Program-made: the position numbers and the translations under genes
Notes under the pieces: model-generated
The model's database searches: none
The model's input: the letters and a program-made list of their open reading frames with translations, nothing else
What the model was told of the DNA's origin: nothing
Assembly (NCBI RefSeq): GCF_009914755.1
Contig: NC_060929.1
DNA length: 64,000 nucleotides
From: the human T2T-CHM13v2.0 reference genome, Homo sapiens
Strand: one strand, 5' to 3'
In this document: piece by piece, positions 28,388-42,145 of the stretch
Layout of the letters: each line of letters begins with the position of its first letter
Position numbering within the stretch: the first letter of the stretch is position 1

Positions 28388-29142
28388 GTAAGGAAATAGT
28401 GACCTATTGGGACAGGGTTAGCTGGCTTTCATATCTTGTCCTGCAAAACCCCAACTCATTTGCTCCTTACTTTTGTGAAGTATGAGGATGAGAAAGAAAA
28501 TGGTTTGAACTATTAACCAGGTAACTTTCAAGAGCAGTGGCTTTTCCGCACTTTGAGTTTAGAATGAGAATACCATAGCAACACTTCTGGAAAGAGGGGC
28601 CAAAGTCCGCACTGCGAGAACATTCTGGGCATCTGTCTTGTAGATTTCTAGTCCCTTAGTCTCTTTGTGGGTCAATGTAACTGTGCTTATGCCTGATGTT
28701 AATCACATTCCTTTCTTGAGCACAGTTACACATTTTGTTGATAGCAAGGAGAAGAGGAATGAGGGAATGACATGGAAAACCTAGAATTACCTCTATTGAA
28801 TAGATCTCTTAAGGGCTGGTACTAAATACTACACATCTTTGTATCTCCAGCAAGCACAATTCCTGGTAGTGCCCCAGCAAGCACAATAACAAGCAGATTT
28901 TCATAAAGTCATGAGTGAATTATATTACCCTGATGCTTTAGAAAGGGGCCTCTGATGTACAAAAAGCCTGATTTCATTCTCTTGCCCTTCATCTTTCATT
29001 TTAAATTGACACACCCCCCCTTATCCCATCAGAGGGATACCTTGCCACTACCTTAAGTATAGATTACTAACAGTCAAAACTGATTATAACCTAAATATTG
29101 ATTTATGTAATTAAAACATTGCCAATCTCAAACCCATGCCCC

Positions 29143-29835
29143 ATTCATTTGGTCAATAAATACTTATTGAGCATCTATTATGGTCCTAGCACCATTAAAG
29201 AGGCTAGGGATTCAGCAGTGAACAAAATAAATCTGTGACCACAGAGTGTTTGTATCCTTGTGTCCAGGAGACACAGAATAAGCAATAAACAAATAAGCAT
29301 ATAGTGAATGTGTCCTTAGTCATAAGAGCTATGTAGAGAGCAAGAAAGCAAAGCAAGGGGAAAAGAACGTTGGATGTACCATTTTGTAAACAGTGGCTGT
29401 GGAAAATCTCACTGAGAAGGCGACATTTGAACAGACTGACAACAGAAGTGATTGGGTAAGCCATGTAAATATTTGGAGAAAGGGTGTATGAAGCACATAT
29501 GAAAGCAAGAGCGATGGCACTGAAGGGGGAGGACACTTGGTGTGTTTGAAGAACAGCAAGGAGGCTGGTATGTCTGGAGCAGAGTGAGCTAGGCAACAGT
29601 TGGCTGATGATATGGTCAGAGAGATTGTTGGGTAACCAGATTACCTAAGTCCTTGGAGGTTATTATGAGAATATAGCTATTGATCTGAGTGAGACAGGAA
29701 GCATTGCTATCTGGTTTTAAAAGAGTCTGCAGTAGAGTAAAAACAGCAGGAAGACACGTTGGAACCAGATGGGAAACTTTTGCAATAGAAGCAAGGCGTC
29801 ATTGTGGCTTGGGTGATAGGGTGGTTGCTGAAGGG
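29143..29835 (-). mobile_element. L2 LINE 3' portion
   Basis: cattcatt...aataaatacttattgagcatcta...gattcagcagtgaacaaa...gaagaacagcaaggaggctgg...ctggagcagagtgag. Confidence 0.8.
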
Positions 29836-30079
29836 TTTAACCCAATAGGTATTCAAATGTCCTGGTAAAATTGAAGTATTTTGCCTATTCTTTGACACTC
29901 CTCAAAGAGTAATTCATATCTATATAAACCCTACAACTTTTTTTCTGTTTTCTTTTTCCTACCTATTCATAAAGCCAGCCTTCCTGTATACGTCTTCCTC
30001 CATGTTAGTCAGGTGATTGTTGGCAGAGAATGAGAGGATTTGGAAATTTAAAATATCTTATTTGGGATTTCCTTTTTCC

Positions 30080-31170
30080 TAATTCCAAATGCGACATATG
30101 TTTATTGTAGATAAATTAGATAATAAGAAGCAAAATTTAAAATGACAAATCCCTAATAGTCAATGGTGGTTGTTTTTACAAAAATTTGATAGCAAAATAT
30201 GTATTGTTTTGTAACATTCTTTTTAAGTCAATAGAACATGTTTTCTTTTTCAATAAACATTCATCTACAACATCATTTTTATGACTAAAGGATATGACTA
30301 GTGGACTATATCATTTATTTTACAGATTTCTATGTTTAGTCACCAGCTTATTAACAGTTTCTTGAGCACCAACATTTTATTACAGAGAATTTTACAGTAA
30401 AATTTCATCCAGCTAACTGTTGACCACATCCTTAATTATTTCTATGGGCAAACTTTTTTAAGTGAAACTTGTTTAAGATTATGCTTATTTTTAAGGTTTT
30501 TAAAATATACTAAAAATTTACAAATTTGAAAACTTTACACAGTAAGAACTTGTAAATTTTACTCAACTAACAGATTATGCAAATATCAGATTTGTATATT
30601 TTAAATTATACAAATATTTTAAATCTAAATTATTAGATTTATATCAAATATTAGATTCTTTTTTGTTAATCTTTGCCAATTTAATGGGTAAAAATATGAA
30701 TATATTCCTATAATTTACATTTTTTCCTCAATTTACAATGGAAGTTGACCATTTTCTCCTAAGTTTAATGGTCATTTATTTTCCACCTCCTGAAACCTGT
30801 TTGTGATTTCTGCCCCTTTTTCTGCTGGAGCATGCTCTGTTCCTTACTGACTTCTAAGATCTTTGTATATGTTAAGGAAACAAGCCATCTGTTGATCATA
30901 TAGTATATATATATTCCCAGTTTGATGTTTGAGATGAGTTTTAATATGCAGAAGGTTTTTAATGTTTATATTGATAAATAAGGAAATTTCCTTTATAGCT
31001 TTTTTTGTGATCAATTAAAAAATACTTCACCCCAAGATTATATAGAAATGTAACACAATTTTAAATAATTTTATAGTTCTTTATTTTACTTTTAAATATT
31101 TAAAGTATTATGTTACTTCAATAGGAATCTCATTTTATTTTTTTCAGAAAGTTAATCCAATGATGTGAGA
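30080..31170 (-). mobile_element. Old L1M (L1ME-like) fragments
   Basis: T-rich degenerate L1 3' text (ttaatctttgccaatttaatggg...gttgaccattttctcc...ggtcattta). Confidence 0.55.
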
Positions 31171-32776
31171 AGACTCTAAAATATATTAACATAGACTTAC
31201 ATATAATATATACATATATATTATATGTGGATATTTAGCTACGTGGTTAGATATGGTGGACACACTCCCTTTTATTTTTCTTCACTTATTATTAGGCATG
31301 GAAGAATAGAAATAAATATAACTTCAAAAAGAAGTTAGAAAATAAAGCTGAGGAAAGGAGAAAGGAATTAATGAGGATAATTCTTAAAAACTTGGAATTA
31401 AATTTAAAATTTGGAAATAAAACATATTAAACTTAAAATTCAATCCAGGCAATAAAGGCAGAGAAACCTCTAGAAAGAATAGTCAAGGGAAGAAAAATAA
31501 ACTTTGAGTAGAAATTTGGATATTAGAAAATATCCATGGATACTAGAAAACAACATACAAAATTTCTACTTGGAAGGTTCAGTAAGTTTTGGCCAAATCC
31601 ACCTTATCAAAGATATGATAACATTTTTAGCAGTGGATCTTCAGCAACAGTATACAGTAGAGAAACTTCTGAAGTTAAGTTAAAAAAATAAATAAACCTG
31701 CCTTTGCTTCATGCCCTATGACCAAACTCATTAGATTTAGTATAAATCCTTGTATCACATTTATTTTTAAAAGGGTACAGGTAATTCTGATTGAAATAAC
31801 CACTCTATTCCTTTTTTTTTTAACATTTTTATAGCTAGATGATCTTGTAAAAACTGGTGAAAGTAAGTGAAAAACTCCTGTGACTATTACATTTCTATCC
31901 ATTTTCCTTGCTACAGTTTTTGATTTTCATCAGTTTTAAGGCAGCAACAGTAATAGCTAAATGCTGAGCATGCACTATGTTCTGGCACTGTCTTTTTCAT
32001 CCCCACAACCACCCTCTGAGGCAGGCACTAGTAATACTCCCATTTTATAGATGAACAAATATGGTAAAGAAGCCAACATAGTAAGCAGTAGTGGGATTCT
32101 GTGCCCAAGTTGCCCTGTTCCTCATTATGGTATAAAATCTTTGCATCCTAAGTGCTTTTTGTCTTAAATTTGACTTCTACCTGATATCAATACCATAAAC
32201 CTTGCTTTATTTTTAATTTGTATGTGGTCATATAAGTTTCCACACTGACCTTTTTGTGTCGTTTTGTTTTATGTATCTCTAGTAAGCACCACATAAGTTG
32301 AATGTGGGTTTTTACCCAGTGGAAAGTCTTTACAACTTTTGTAAGAATAGACATTTATAATGATTTAGTCTGCATGATCTTCTCAATTAATAGTTATGAA
32401 TCTCTCTTAAATACGTCTCTGATTTTTCAGGAATACTTAGTAGTTCCCTAATTCTTGCTAAATAAAGTGTGAAAACCAGCAATGTCTCTGGGCAAGTGCA
32501 TAACAAAACCTCATTGCTTTAATCCCTTTTTATCCCTGGTAATATTCCTTGTTCTTCAATTATTTCATTCCAATCCTATGAAGTTAATAGAGAGCTTCTG
32601 CTGTTGCATTGTTCTCATTTTGTCCATTACAAAACTGAGCCACAGACATGATGTTACTTGCAAAGGTTTCACACTGAGTCCGTGGGAGAAAAAGAACTAG
32701 AATCAAGGTCTCCAGAGCCCTGCTTTTGTGCTTTTTCCTCTGCTGTGTCCTCTCCTTTCTTTAAAAAATATATAAA

Positions 32777-32899
32777 GAGGAGAATCGCATGAACCCAGGA
32801 GGTGGAGGCCTCAGTGAGCCAAGATCACGCCACAGCACACTCCAGCCTGGGGGACAGAGGGAGACTCTGTCTAAAAAACAAACAAACAAACAAAAAAAC
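32777..32899 (+). mobile_element. Alu right-arm fragment with (CAAA)n tail, directly abutting the L1 5' end
   Basis: aggagaatcgcatgaacccaggaggtggagg...ctccagcctggg...gagactctgtctaaaaaacaaac. Confidence 0.92.
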
Positions 32900-35800
32900 T
32901 GGATCATCATGGCAGACAGGAGGCAGGACTAGATTGCAGCTCTGGACAGAGCAGTGTGTGGAGGCTTGCACTGTGAATTTTAGCTCCAGATCAACTGCAA
33001 GAACAAACCAGCAATCCCGAGAGGACTCACAGACCCTCTGAAGGAGGCTGACTGCTCCTGCGGGACCTGGGAGACACCCCAAATACTATGAGTGCCCCAG
33101 TGCGGCAGTGGGAAAGGGAGACCCTCCTCTCCTGAACACACCCCCACTGGAGAAACTGAAAGTCTGTTTCAGTTTCTAACTGATATATTCTAACTAACAG
33201 AAGAAGTTTCTAACCTTACCTGGAGCTGAGTCAATTTAGAGAGCTGAGCGAAATACAGGGGTAGAGGAAGTAGCAGAAAGGCACTGGGAGCTCGCTGGGT
33301 GCCCAAGCAGCCCATTCCTGCTGGGCATCACAGGGTTCCATTGGGAGGGTGGCCAGAGGAGCAGGGGGTAAAACTCCACAGGGAGAAGAAAATCTCTAGC
33401 TGAACCTTGTAACAATTTGAACTGGGCAAGAAGCCTCCCGGCCAGAGCTCGGGGGAGGGTGCACATCCGGTGTGCAGACTCCTCAGGTAGGGGAAGACCC
33501 AAGCCCTTTTCTTTCACAGCTCGGAGGTGGGTATCCTTGAACAAGTTCTCAAGCCCATCTCACCCACTGCCTGGAAACAGACTCGGGGCTGTTGGCAGAG
33601 GCCCGGTGGGAGTGAGACCGGCCCTTAGGTTTGCATGGGAGCTGCGTGAGGCTGTGACTGCCAGCTTTCCCCCACTTCCCTGACAACCTACATGACTCAG
33701 CAGAGGCAGCCACAATCCTCCTAGGTGCATAACTCCAGTGACCTGGGAATCTCACCCCCAACCCCGACAGCAGCTGCAGCAAAACCCACCCAAGGAGAAT
33801 CTGAGCTCAGACATGCTTAGCTCTGCCACACCTGATGGTCCTTTCCTACCCACCCTGGTAGTGGAAGACAAAGGGCATATAATCTTGGGAGTTCTAGGGC
33901 CCAGCCCACCGCTGGTCCCTCTCCACGCTACTACAGCTGATGCTCTCTGGAAAGCACCACCTCCTGGCAGGATGCCAACCAGCACAAAAATAGACCATTA
34001 AACCATCAAGGCTAAGAACTGTCATGGAGTCCATTGCACTCCCTCACCACCTCCACCAGAACAGGCACTGGTATCCATGGCTGGGAGACCCATAGACAAT
34101 TCACATCACAGGACTCTGTGCAGACAACCCCCAGTACCAACCCGGAGCAGGGTAGACTTACTGGGTGGCTAAACCCAGAAGACAGACAACAATCACTGCA
34201 GTTTGGCTCACAGGAAGCCACATCCATAGGAAAAGCAGGAGAGTATTACATCAAGGGAACACCCTGTGGGACAAAAGAATCTGAACAAGAGCTTTCAGCC
34301 CTAGACCTTCCCTTTGCAGAGCCTACCCAAATGAGAAGGAACCAAAAAATCAGCCCTGGTAATATGACAAAACAAGGCTCTTTAACACCGTGAAAAAATC
34401 ACACTAGTTCACCAGCAATGGATCCAAACCAAGAAATCCCTGATTTATCTGAAAAAGAATTCAGGAGGTTAGTTATTAAGCTAATCAGGGAGGCACCAGA
34501 GAAAGGCAAAGCCCAATGCAAGGAAATCCAAAAAATGATACAAGGAGTGAAGGGAGAAATATTCAAGGAAATAGATAGCTAAAAGAAAAAACAAACAAAA
34601 ATTCAGGAAACTTTGTAGACACTTTTAGAAACCTGAAATGTTCTGGAAAGTCTCAGCAATAGAATTGAACAGGTAGAAGCAAGAAATTCAGAGCTGAAAG
34701 ACAAGGTCCTCAAATTAACCCAATCCAACAAAGACAATGAAAAAAGAAAAAGAAAATATGAGCAAAGCCTCCAAGAAGTCTGGGATTATGTTAAATGACC
34801 AAACCGAACAATAATTGGTGTTCCTGAGGAAGAAGAGAATTATAAAAGCTTGGAAAACATATTTAGAGGAATAATTGAGGAAAACTTCCCCAGCCTCGCT
34901 AGAGACCTAAACATTCAAACACAAGAAGTACAAAGAACACCTGGGAAATTTATCACAAAAAAACATCACCTAGGCACATTGCCATCAGGTTATCCAAAGT
35001 TAAGACAAAGGAAAGAATTTTCAGAGCTGTGAGACAGAAGCACCAGGTAACTTATAAAGGAAAACCTATCAAATTAACAGCTGATTTCTCAGCAGAAACC
35101 CTAAAAGCTAGAAGGGATTAGGGCCCTATCTTCAGCCTCCTCAAACGAAACAATTATCAGCCAAGAATTTTCTATCAAGCAAAACTAAGCATCGTATATG
35201 AAGGAAAGACATAGTCTTTTTCAAACAAACAAATGCTGAGAGAATTTGCCATTACCAAGCCACCACTACAAGAAAAAGGAGCTCTAAATCTTGAAACAAA
35301 TCCTGGAAACACATCAAAACAGAACCTCTTTAATGCATAAATCACACAGGACCTATTAAACAAAAATACAAGTTAAAAAAGCCAAAACAAACAAAAAAAA
35401 CCAAAAGTACACAGGCAACAAAGAGCATGATGAATGCAATGGTACCTCACATTTCAATACTAACATTGAATGTAAATGGCCTAAAGGCTCCACTTAAAAG
35501 ATACAGAACTGCAGAATGGATAAGAACTCACCAACCAACTATCTGCTGCTGTCAGGAGACTCACCTAACACATAAGGACTCACATAAACTTAAAGGGGTG
35601 GAAAAAGGCATTTCATGCAAATGGACACAAAAAGTGAGCAGGGTAGCTATTCTTATATCAGACAAAACCAACTTTAAAGCAACACCAGTTAAAAGAGACA
35701 AAGAGGGACATTATATAATGGTAAAAGGCCTTGTGCAACAGGAAAATATCACAATCCTAAACATATATGCACCTAACACTGGAGCTCCCAAATTTATAAA

Positions 35801-38800
35801 ACAATCACTAACAGACCTAAGAAATGAGATACACAGCAACACAATAATAGTGGGGGACAACAATATTCTACTGACAGCATTAGACAGGTCATCAAGATAG
35901 AAAGTCAACAAGGAAACAATGGATTTAAACTATTGCTTGGAACAAATGGACTTAACAAATATATACAAAACACATCACCCAGCAACTGCAGAATACACAT
36001 TCTATTCAACAGCACATAGAACTTTCTCCAAGATAGACCATATGATAGGCTATAAAACAAGCCTCAATAAATTTAAGAAAATTGAAATTATATCAAGCAC
36101 TCTCTTAGACTACAGTGGAATAAAACTGGAAATCAACTCCAAAAGGAATCTTCAAAACTATGCAAATACATAGAAATTAAATAACCTGCTCCTGAATAAG
36201 CATTGGATCAAAAACGAAATCAAGATGGAAATTAAAAAATTATTCGAACTGAATGACAGTGACACAACCTACCAAAACCTCGGATACAGCAAAGGCAGTG
36301 CTAAGAGGAAAGTTCATAGCCCTAAATGCCTACATCAAAAAGATCAAAAGAGCACAAACTGACATTCTAAGGTCACACCTCAAGGAACTAGAAAAACAAG
36401 AACAAACCAAACCCAAACCCAGCAGAAGAAAGGAAAAAAGCAAGATCGGAGCAGAACTAAATGAAATTGGAACAAAAAAAATACAAAAGACAAATGAATC
36501 AAAAAGCTGGTTCTTTGAAAATAAAATTGATAGACCATTCGCAAGATTAACCAAGAAAAGAAGAGAGAAAATCCAAATAACCTCACTAAGAAACAAAACA
36601 GGAGATATTACAACTGACATCACTGAAATACAAAAGATCATTCAAGGCTACTATGAACACCTTTACACACATAAACCTGAAAACCTAGAAGAGTTGGATA
36701 TATTCCTGGAAAAATACAACCTTCCTAGCTTAAATCAAGAAGAATTAGATACCCTGAACTGACCAATAACAAGCAGTGAGATTGAAATGGTAATTTAAAA
36801 ATTACCAACACAAAAAAGTCCAGGACCAGGTGGATTCACAGTAAAATTCTACCAGACATTCAAAGAAGAATTGATACCAATCCTTTTGATACTATTCCAC
36901 AATGTAGAGAAAGCATTACCAAAACCAGCAAAGGACATAACCTAATACCAAAGCCAGCATTACCCTAATACCAAAACCAGCAAAGGACATAACCAAAAAA
37001 GAAAATTACAGACCGATATCCTTGATAAACACAGATGCTAAAATCCTTAACAAAATAGTAGCTAACCAAATCCAACAACATATCAAAAAGATAATCCACC
37101 ATGATCAAGTGGGTTTTATACCAGGGATGCAGGGATGGTTTAACATACACAAGTCAATAAATGTGATACACCACATAAACAGAATTAAAAACAAAAATAT
37201 GTGATCAATAGATGCAGAAAAAGATGCATCAATAGATGCAGAAAAAGCATTTGACAAAATCCAGCATGGCTTTATGATTAAAACTCTCAGCAAAAATTGG
37301 CATACAAGGGACATATCTCAATGTAATAAAAGCCATCTATGACAAACCCACAGCTACCATAATACTGAATGGGGAAAAGTTGAAAGCATTCCCTCTGAAA
37401 ACTGGAACAAGACAAGTATGCCCACTCTCACCACTCCTCTTCAACATAGTACTGGAGGTCCTAGCCAGAGCAATCAGACTAGAGAAAGAAAGAAAAGGCA
37501 CTGAAGTCAGTAAAGAGGAAGTCAAACTGTTCCTGTTTGCTGACGATATGATCGTTTACCTTGAAAACCCTAAAGACTCCTCCAGAAAGCTCCTAGAACT
37601 GATTAAAAAATTCAGCAAAGTTTCCGGATACAAGATTAATGTACACAAATCAGTAGTTCTTCTATACACCAACATCGACCAAGCAGAGAATCAAATCAAG
37701 AACTCAACCCCTTTTACCATAGCTGCAAAAAAAATGAAATACTTAGGAATATACCTAACCAAGGAGTCAAAAGACCTCTACAAGGAAAACTACAAAACAC
37801 TGCTGAAAAAAATCATAAATGACATAAACAGATGAAAACACATCCCATGCTCACGGATGAGTAGAATCAATATTGTGAAAATGATCATACTGCCCAAAGC
37901 AATCTACAAATTCAATGCAATCCCCATCAAAATACCACCAACAGTCTTCAGAGAATTATAAAAAACAATTCTAAAATTCATATGGAACCGCAAAAGAAAC
38001 TACATTGCCAAAGCAAGACTAAGCAAAAAGAACAAATCTGGAAGCATCACACTACCTGATTTCAAACTATACTATAAGGCCATAGTAACCAAAACAGCAT
38101 GATACTGGTATAAAAATAGGCACATAGACCAATGGAACAGAATAGAGAACCCAGAAATAAACCCAAATACCTACAGCCAACTGATCTTTGACAAAGCAAA
38201 CAATAACATAAGTTGGGGAAAGGACACCCTGTTCAACAAATGGTGCTGGGATAATTGGCTAGCCACTTGTAGAAGAATGAAACTGGGTCCTCATCTCTCA
38301 CCTTATACAAAAATCAACTCAAGATGGATTAAGGTCTTAAACATAAGACCTGAAACTAAAAATTCTACAAGATAACTTTGGAAGAACCCTTCTGGACATT
38401 GGCTCAGGCAAGGATTTCATGACCAAAAACCCAAAAGCAAATGCAATAAAAACAAAGATAAATCACTGGGACCTAATTAAACCAAACAACTTTTGCACGG
38501 CACATGGACAGTCAGCAGAGTAAAAAGACAACCCACAGAATGGGAGAAAATTTTCACAATCTATACATCTGACAAAAGACTAATATCCAGAATCTACAAT
38601 GAACTCAAATCAGTAAGAAAAAAAGAATCCCATCAAAAAGTGAGCTATGGATATAAATAGCCAGTTCTCAAAAGAAGATATACAAATGGGCAACAAACAT
38701 ATGAAAAAATGCTCAACATCACTAATGATCAGGGAAATGCAAATCAAAACCACAATGTGATACCACCTTACTCCTGCAAGAATGGCCATAATGAAAAAAA

Positions 38801-39274
38801 CCAAAAACCAGTAGATGTCGGTGAGGATGCAGTGATCAGGGAACACTTCTATGCTGCTGATGGTAATGTAAACTAGTACAGACACTATGGAAAACAGTGT
38901 GGAGATTCCTTTAAGAACTAAAAGTAGAGCTACCATTTGATCCAGCAATCCTATTATTGGGTATCTACCCAGAGGAAAAGAAGTCATTATTTAAAAAAGA
39001 TACTTGCACACATTGTTTATAGCAGCACAATTCACAGTTGCAAAATCGTGGAACCAACCCAAATACCCATCAGTCAGTGAGTGGATAAAGAAACTGTGCT
39101 ATATATATATATGTGTATATATATATACGTATATATATACGTATATATATATATATATACACATATGTGTATATATATACGTATATACATACGTATATAT
39201 ATACGTATATATATACGTATATACATACGTATATATATACGTATATATATACGTATATATATACGTATATATAT

Positions 39275-39343
<69 letters not shown>

Positions 39344-39711
39344 AATGCTACTCAGCCATAAAAAGGAATGAATTAACAGTATTTGCAGTGACCTGGATGA
39401 GACTGGAGACTATTATTCTAAGTAAAGTAACTCAGGAATGGAAAACCAAACATTATGTTCTCACTGATTTGTGAGAGCTAAGCTATGAGGACTCAAAGGC
39501 ATAAGAATGATACAATGGACTTTGGGGACTTGGGGGGAAGAGTGGGAGGGGGGTGAAGGATAAAAGACTCCAAATATGGTGCAGTGTATACTGCTCATGT
39601 GATGAGTACACCAAAATCTCACATATCACCACTGAAGAACTTACTTATGTACCCAAATACCACCCGTACCCCAATAACTTATGGAAAAATAAGGTAATTA
39701 ATTAATTAATT
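32900..39711 (+). mobile_element. Full-length (~6.8 kb) inactive L1, L1PB1-like: 5' UTR, disrupted ORF1 (~34360-35340), disrupted ORF2 (~35427-39470), 3' UTR
   Basis: Endonuclease motifs ISILTLNVNGL and CCQETH, YAPNTGA, FSKIDHM. RT motifs [46 protein letters not shown]1PB-type 3' end. Many stops and frameshifts. Confidence 0.95.
39100..39339. repeat. Compound (TA)n/(TATATATATACG)n/(CA)n/(AT)24 microsatellite inside the L1
   Basis: Read directly. The 12-nt period appears as IYIR repeats in the ORF track. Confidence 0.97.
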
Positions 39712-40123
39712 AAAAATATATAAATATTTGATAAGCACAAGTTAGTACTTATTGAATACCTGACAGAGCATTTATGGAAACACCATGAAGATATCAAGAT
39801 CAGCTCTAAAATAATGATATATTGTTCTGATACTTAGCATATGGCAATAAAAATGGCTTGTGATATTTTCATTTCATGTGCAGGCTCCTCAAGGTAACAA
39901 ACCAAAATGCAAAGGTAAGAATTCAAAAACAAAGTATTCCATAAACACAATGTCACAGAAATAAAATTCACTGTAGGCATTAAACTGCTTGGGTTCAAAT
40001 TAATTTCTGGCTCTACCACATTGAAATTATAGGCAAGAAACTTAACCTGTCTGTGTTTCAATGGTCTTGTCGGAAGCCTACTTACTGTGGGGCTGTGGGG
40101 GTTAGGAGATAATCAATGTAATG

Positions 40124-40460
40124 CAGTGGTCCCCAACCTTTTTGGCACCAGGGACCAGTTTCGTGGAAGACAATTTTTCCACAGATATTGGTGAGGGGGA
40201 TGGTTTAGAGATAAAACTGTTCCACTCAGATCATGAGGCATTAGATTCTCATAAGAAGTACGCAGCCTACATCTCTCACATTTGTAGTTCACAATAGGGT
40301 TCAGGCTTCTATGAGAATCTAATGTTGCTGCGGATCTGATAGGAGGTGGAGATCGGGGAGTAATGCTCACTTGCCCACCGCTCACCTCCTGCTGTGTGGC
40401 CCAGTTCCTAACAAGCCATGGATGGGTACCACCTCGCGGCCCAAGGGTTGGGGACCCCTG
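40124..40460. mobile_element. MER1B hAT-Charlie element inserted in a MIR (~39950-40510)
   Basis: TIRs cagtggtccccaacctt / aagggttggggacccctg. Perfect 8-bp TSD ATGTAATG (40116-40123 / 40461-40468). Confidence 0.92.
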
Positions 40461-40520
40461 ATGTAATGCACTTAACATGATGCTCAACACATAATAAATG
40501 TTTAGTGAATTATTATTATT

Positions 40521-40820
<300 letters not shown>

Positions 40821-40929
40821 TGAATTATTATTATTGCAAAAGCTGTCGATTTTTATTTGACTGTATATGTTTCATTAATGGGATATCTTATTAAACAATA
40901 AATATTTCATTGCAATGAATAAGATTATA

Positions 40930-41240
40930 ATAATAGTTTTCATTAATTGAGGAATTATTGCATGTGCTTTATATGCACCAGCTAATTATTTCTACATAAC
41001 ATATCCAAAAGGTAAGTAGTATTATGTCCGTTTTACAGATAAAGTAACTGAAGCCTAATATAGTAGTATATATTATTCAAGACCACCAGTTCGTATTCTG
41101 GCTCCACCACTTAATCTTTCTGTGACCTTAGAAAGTAACTTCTCTGTGACTCAGTTTCCTCAATTGTAAAATGAAGGTAATAATACTACCTAGCTTAAGG
41201 ATGTTGTGAGGCATTAAATGAGCCAATACAAGTATAGTGA
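40930..41240. mobile_element. Two MIR fragments in opposite orientation
   Basis: gttttacagataaagtaactgaagc (minus) and ctgtgactcagtttcctcaattgtaaaatg (plus). Confidence 0.65.
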
Positions 41241-42007
41241 CTTATGTTCCGACACATAGATACACACTGAAAGGACTCTATGTGATAACTATTTTTATTA
41301 TATTTATATGTAAATTATTAAATATATATAATGTATTATATATTACTCATACTCTACTATACTATAAATCATCATACTCTAAATGCATTGATACTGTTTA
41401 TTATGTATTTATATATAAATAGTATGTTATAAATTATTATGTTTATATTTATCATCTTGATTATTGCCCAGTATCTGGCAAGGGCAATCTCTTTACTGCT
41501 ATCTCTTTAATACAAAGCTTACTTTTAGATCACCCCATTAAACTCAGACAACATTTTTTGGTGAACAATATGTTCCACCTGTAGTATTAATTAACAAGTT
41601 TATATTAATTAATTATGTTAATTAATACAGCTGCATATTTTTTTCCACCACCAATTGCCATTTCCCCCCCAAAATTCACTGAAAGGGCTTTTTCAACCAA
41701 ACACATTTTTTTTTAGGAAGGATTAAAGCACATAAAACATAGCCATTCATGAATAAAGTAAAATGTAGTGGGTTTTTGGTAGACATAGACATATGATGTG
41801 GTGAGGTCCTCTTCAAACGTAAGGGACTGACAGAAGAGACTCAAGATGAATATTGGTTGAATGAGCACATACAATACAGGAGTGCAATTGGTGTAAAATT
41901 TCTTTAGAGACATTTTTAAGAGAGGCAAAGGATTTTAGTTTTATTGCACCTAGGTGATTTGAGCAGCAATCTAAAGCATAGCCACCATGCCTGTTTTTTC
42001 TGTTCAG

Positions 42008-42145
42008 GATCTGCGAGACCGCCTGTGGGACATTTGTGATGCCCGGAAGGAAGAGGCGGAGCAGGAGCGGCTTGACATCATTAATGAGAGCTGGTTACAG
42101 GACACTCTTGGAATGACAATGAACCATTTCTTTTCCCTGATGCAG
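42008..42145 (+). CDS. SPEF2: SPEF2 coding exon (138 nt, phase 0-0): DLRDRLWDICDARKEEAEQERLDIINESWLQDTLGMTMNHFFSLMQ
   Basis: Acceptor ttttttctgttcag|, donor CAG|gtaaga. Lies within ORF 41987..42214. Confidence 0.95.

Noticed and set aside
34360-39470. Potentially active L1 ORF1/ORF2
   Set aside because: Broken into many short ORFs by stops, frameshifts and duplications.
39004-39474. Multiple YI/IYIR-repeat ORFs
   Set aside because: Artefacts of the (TA)/(TACG) microsatellite inside L1.
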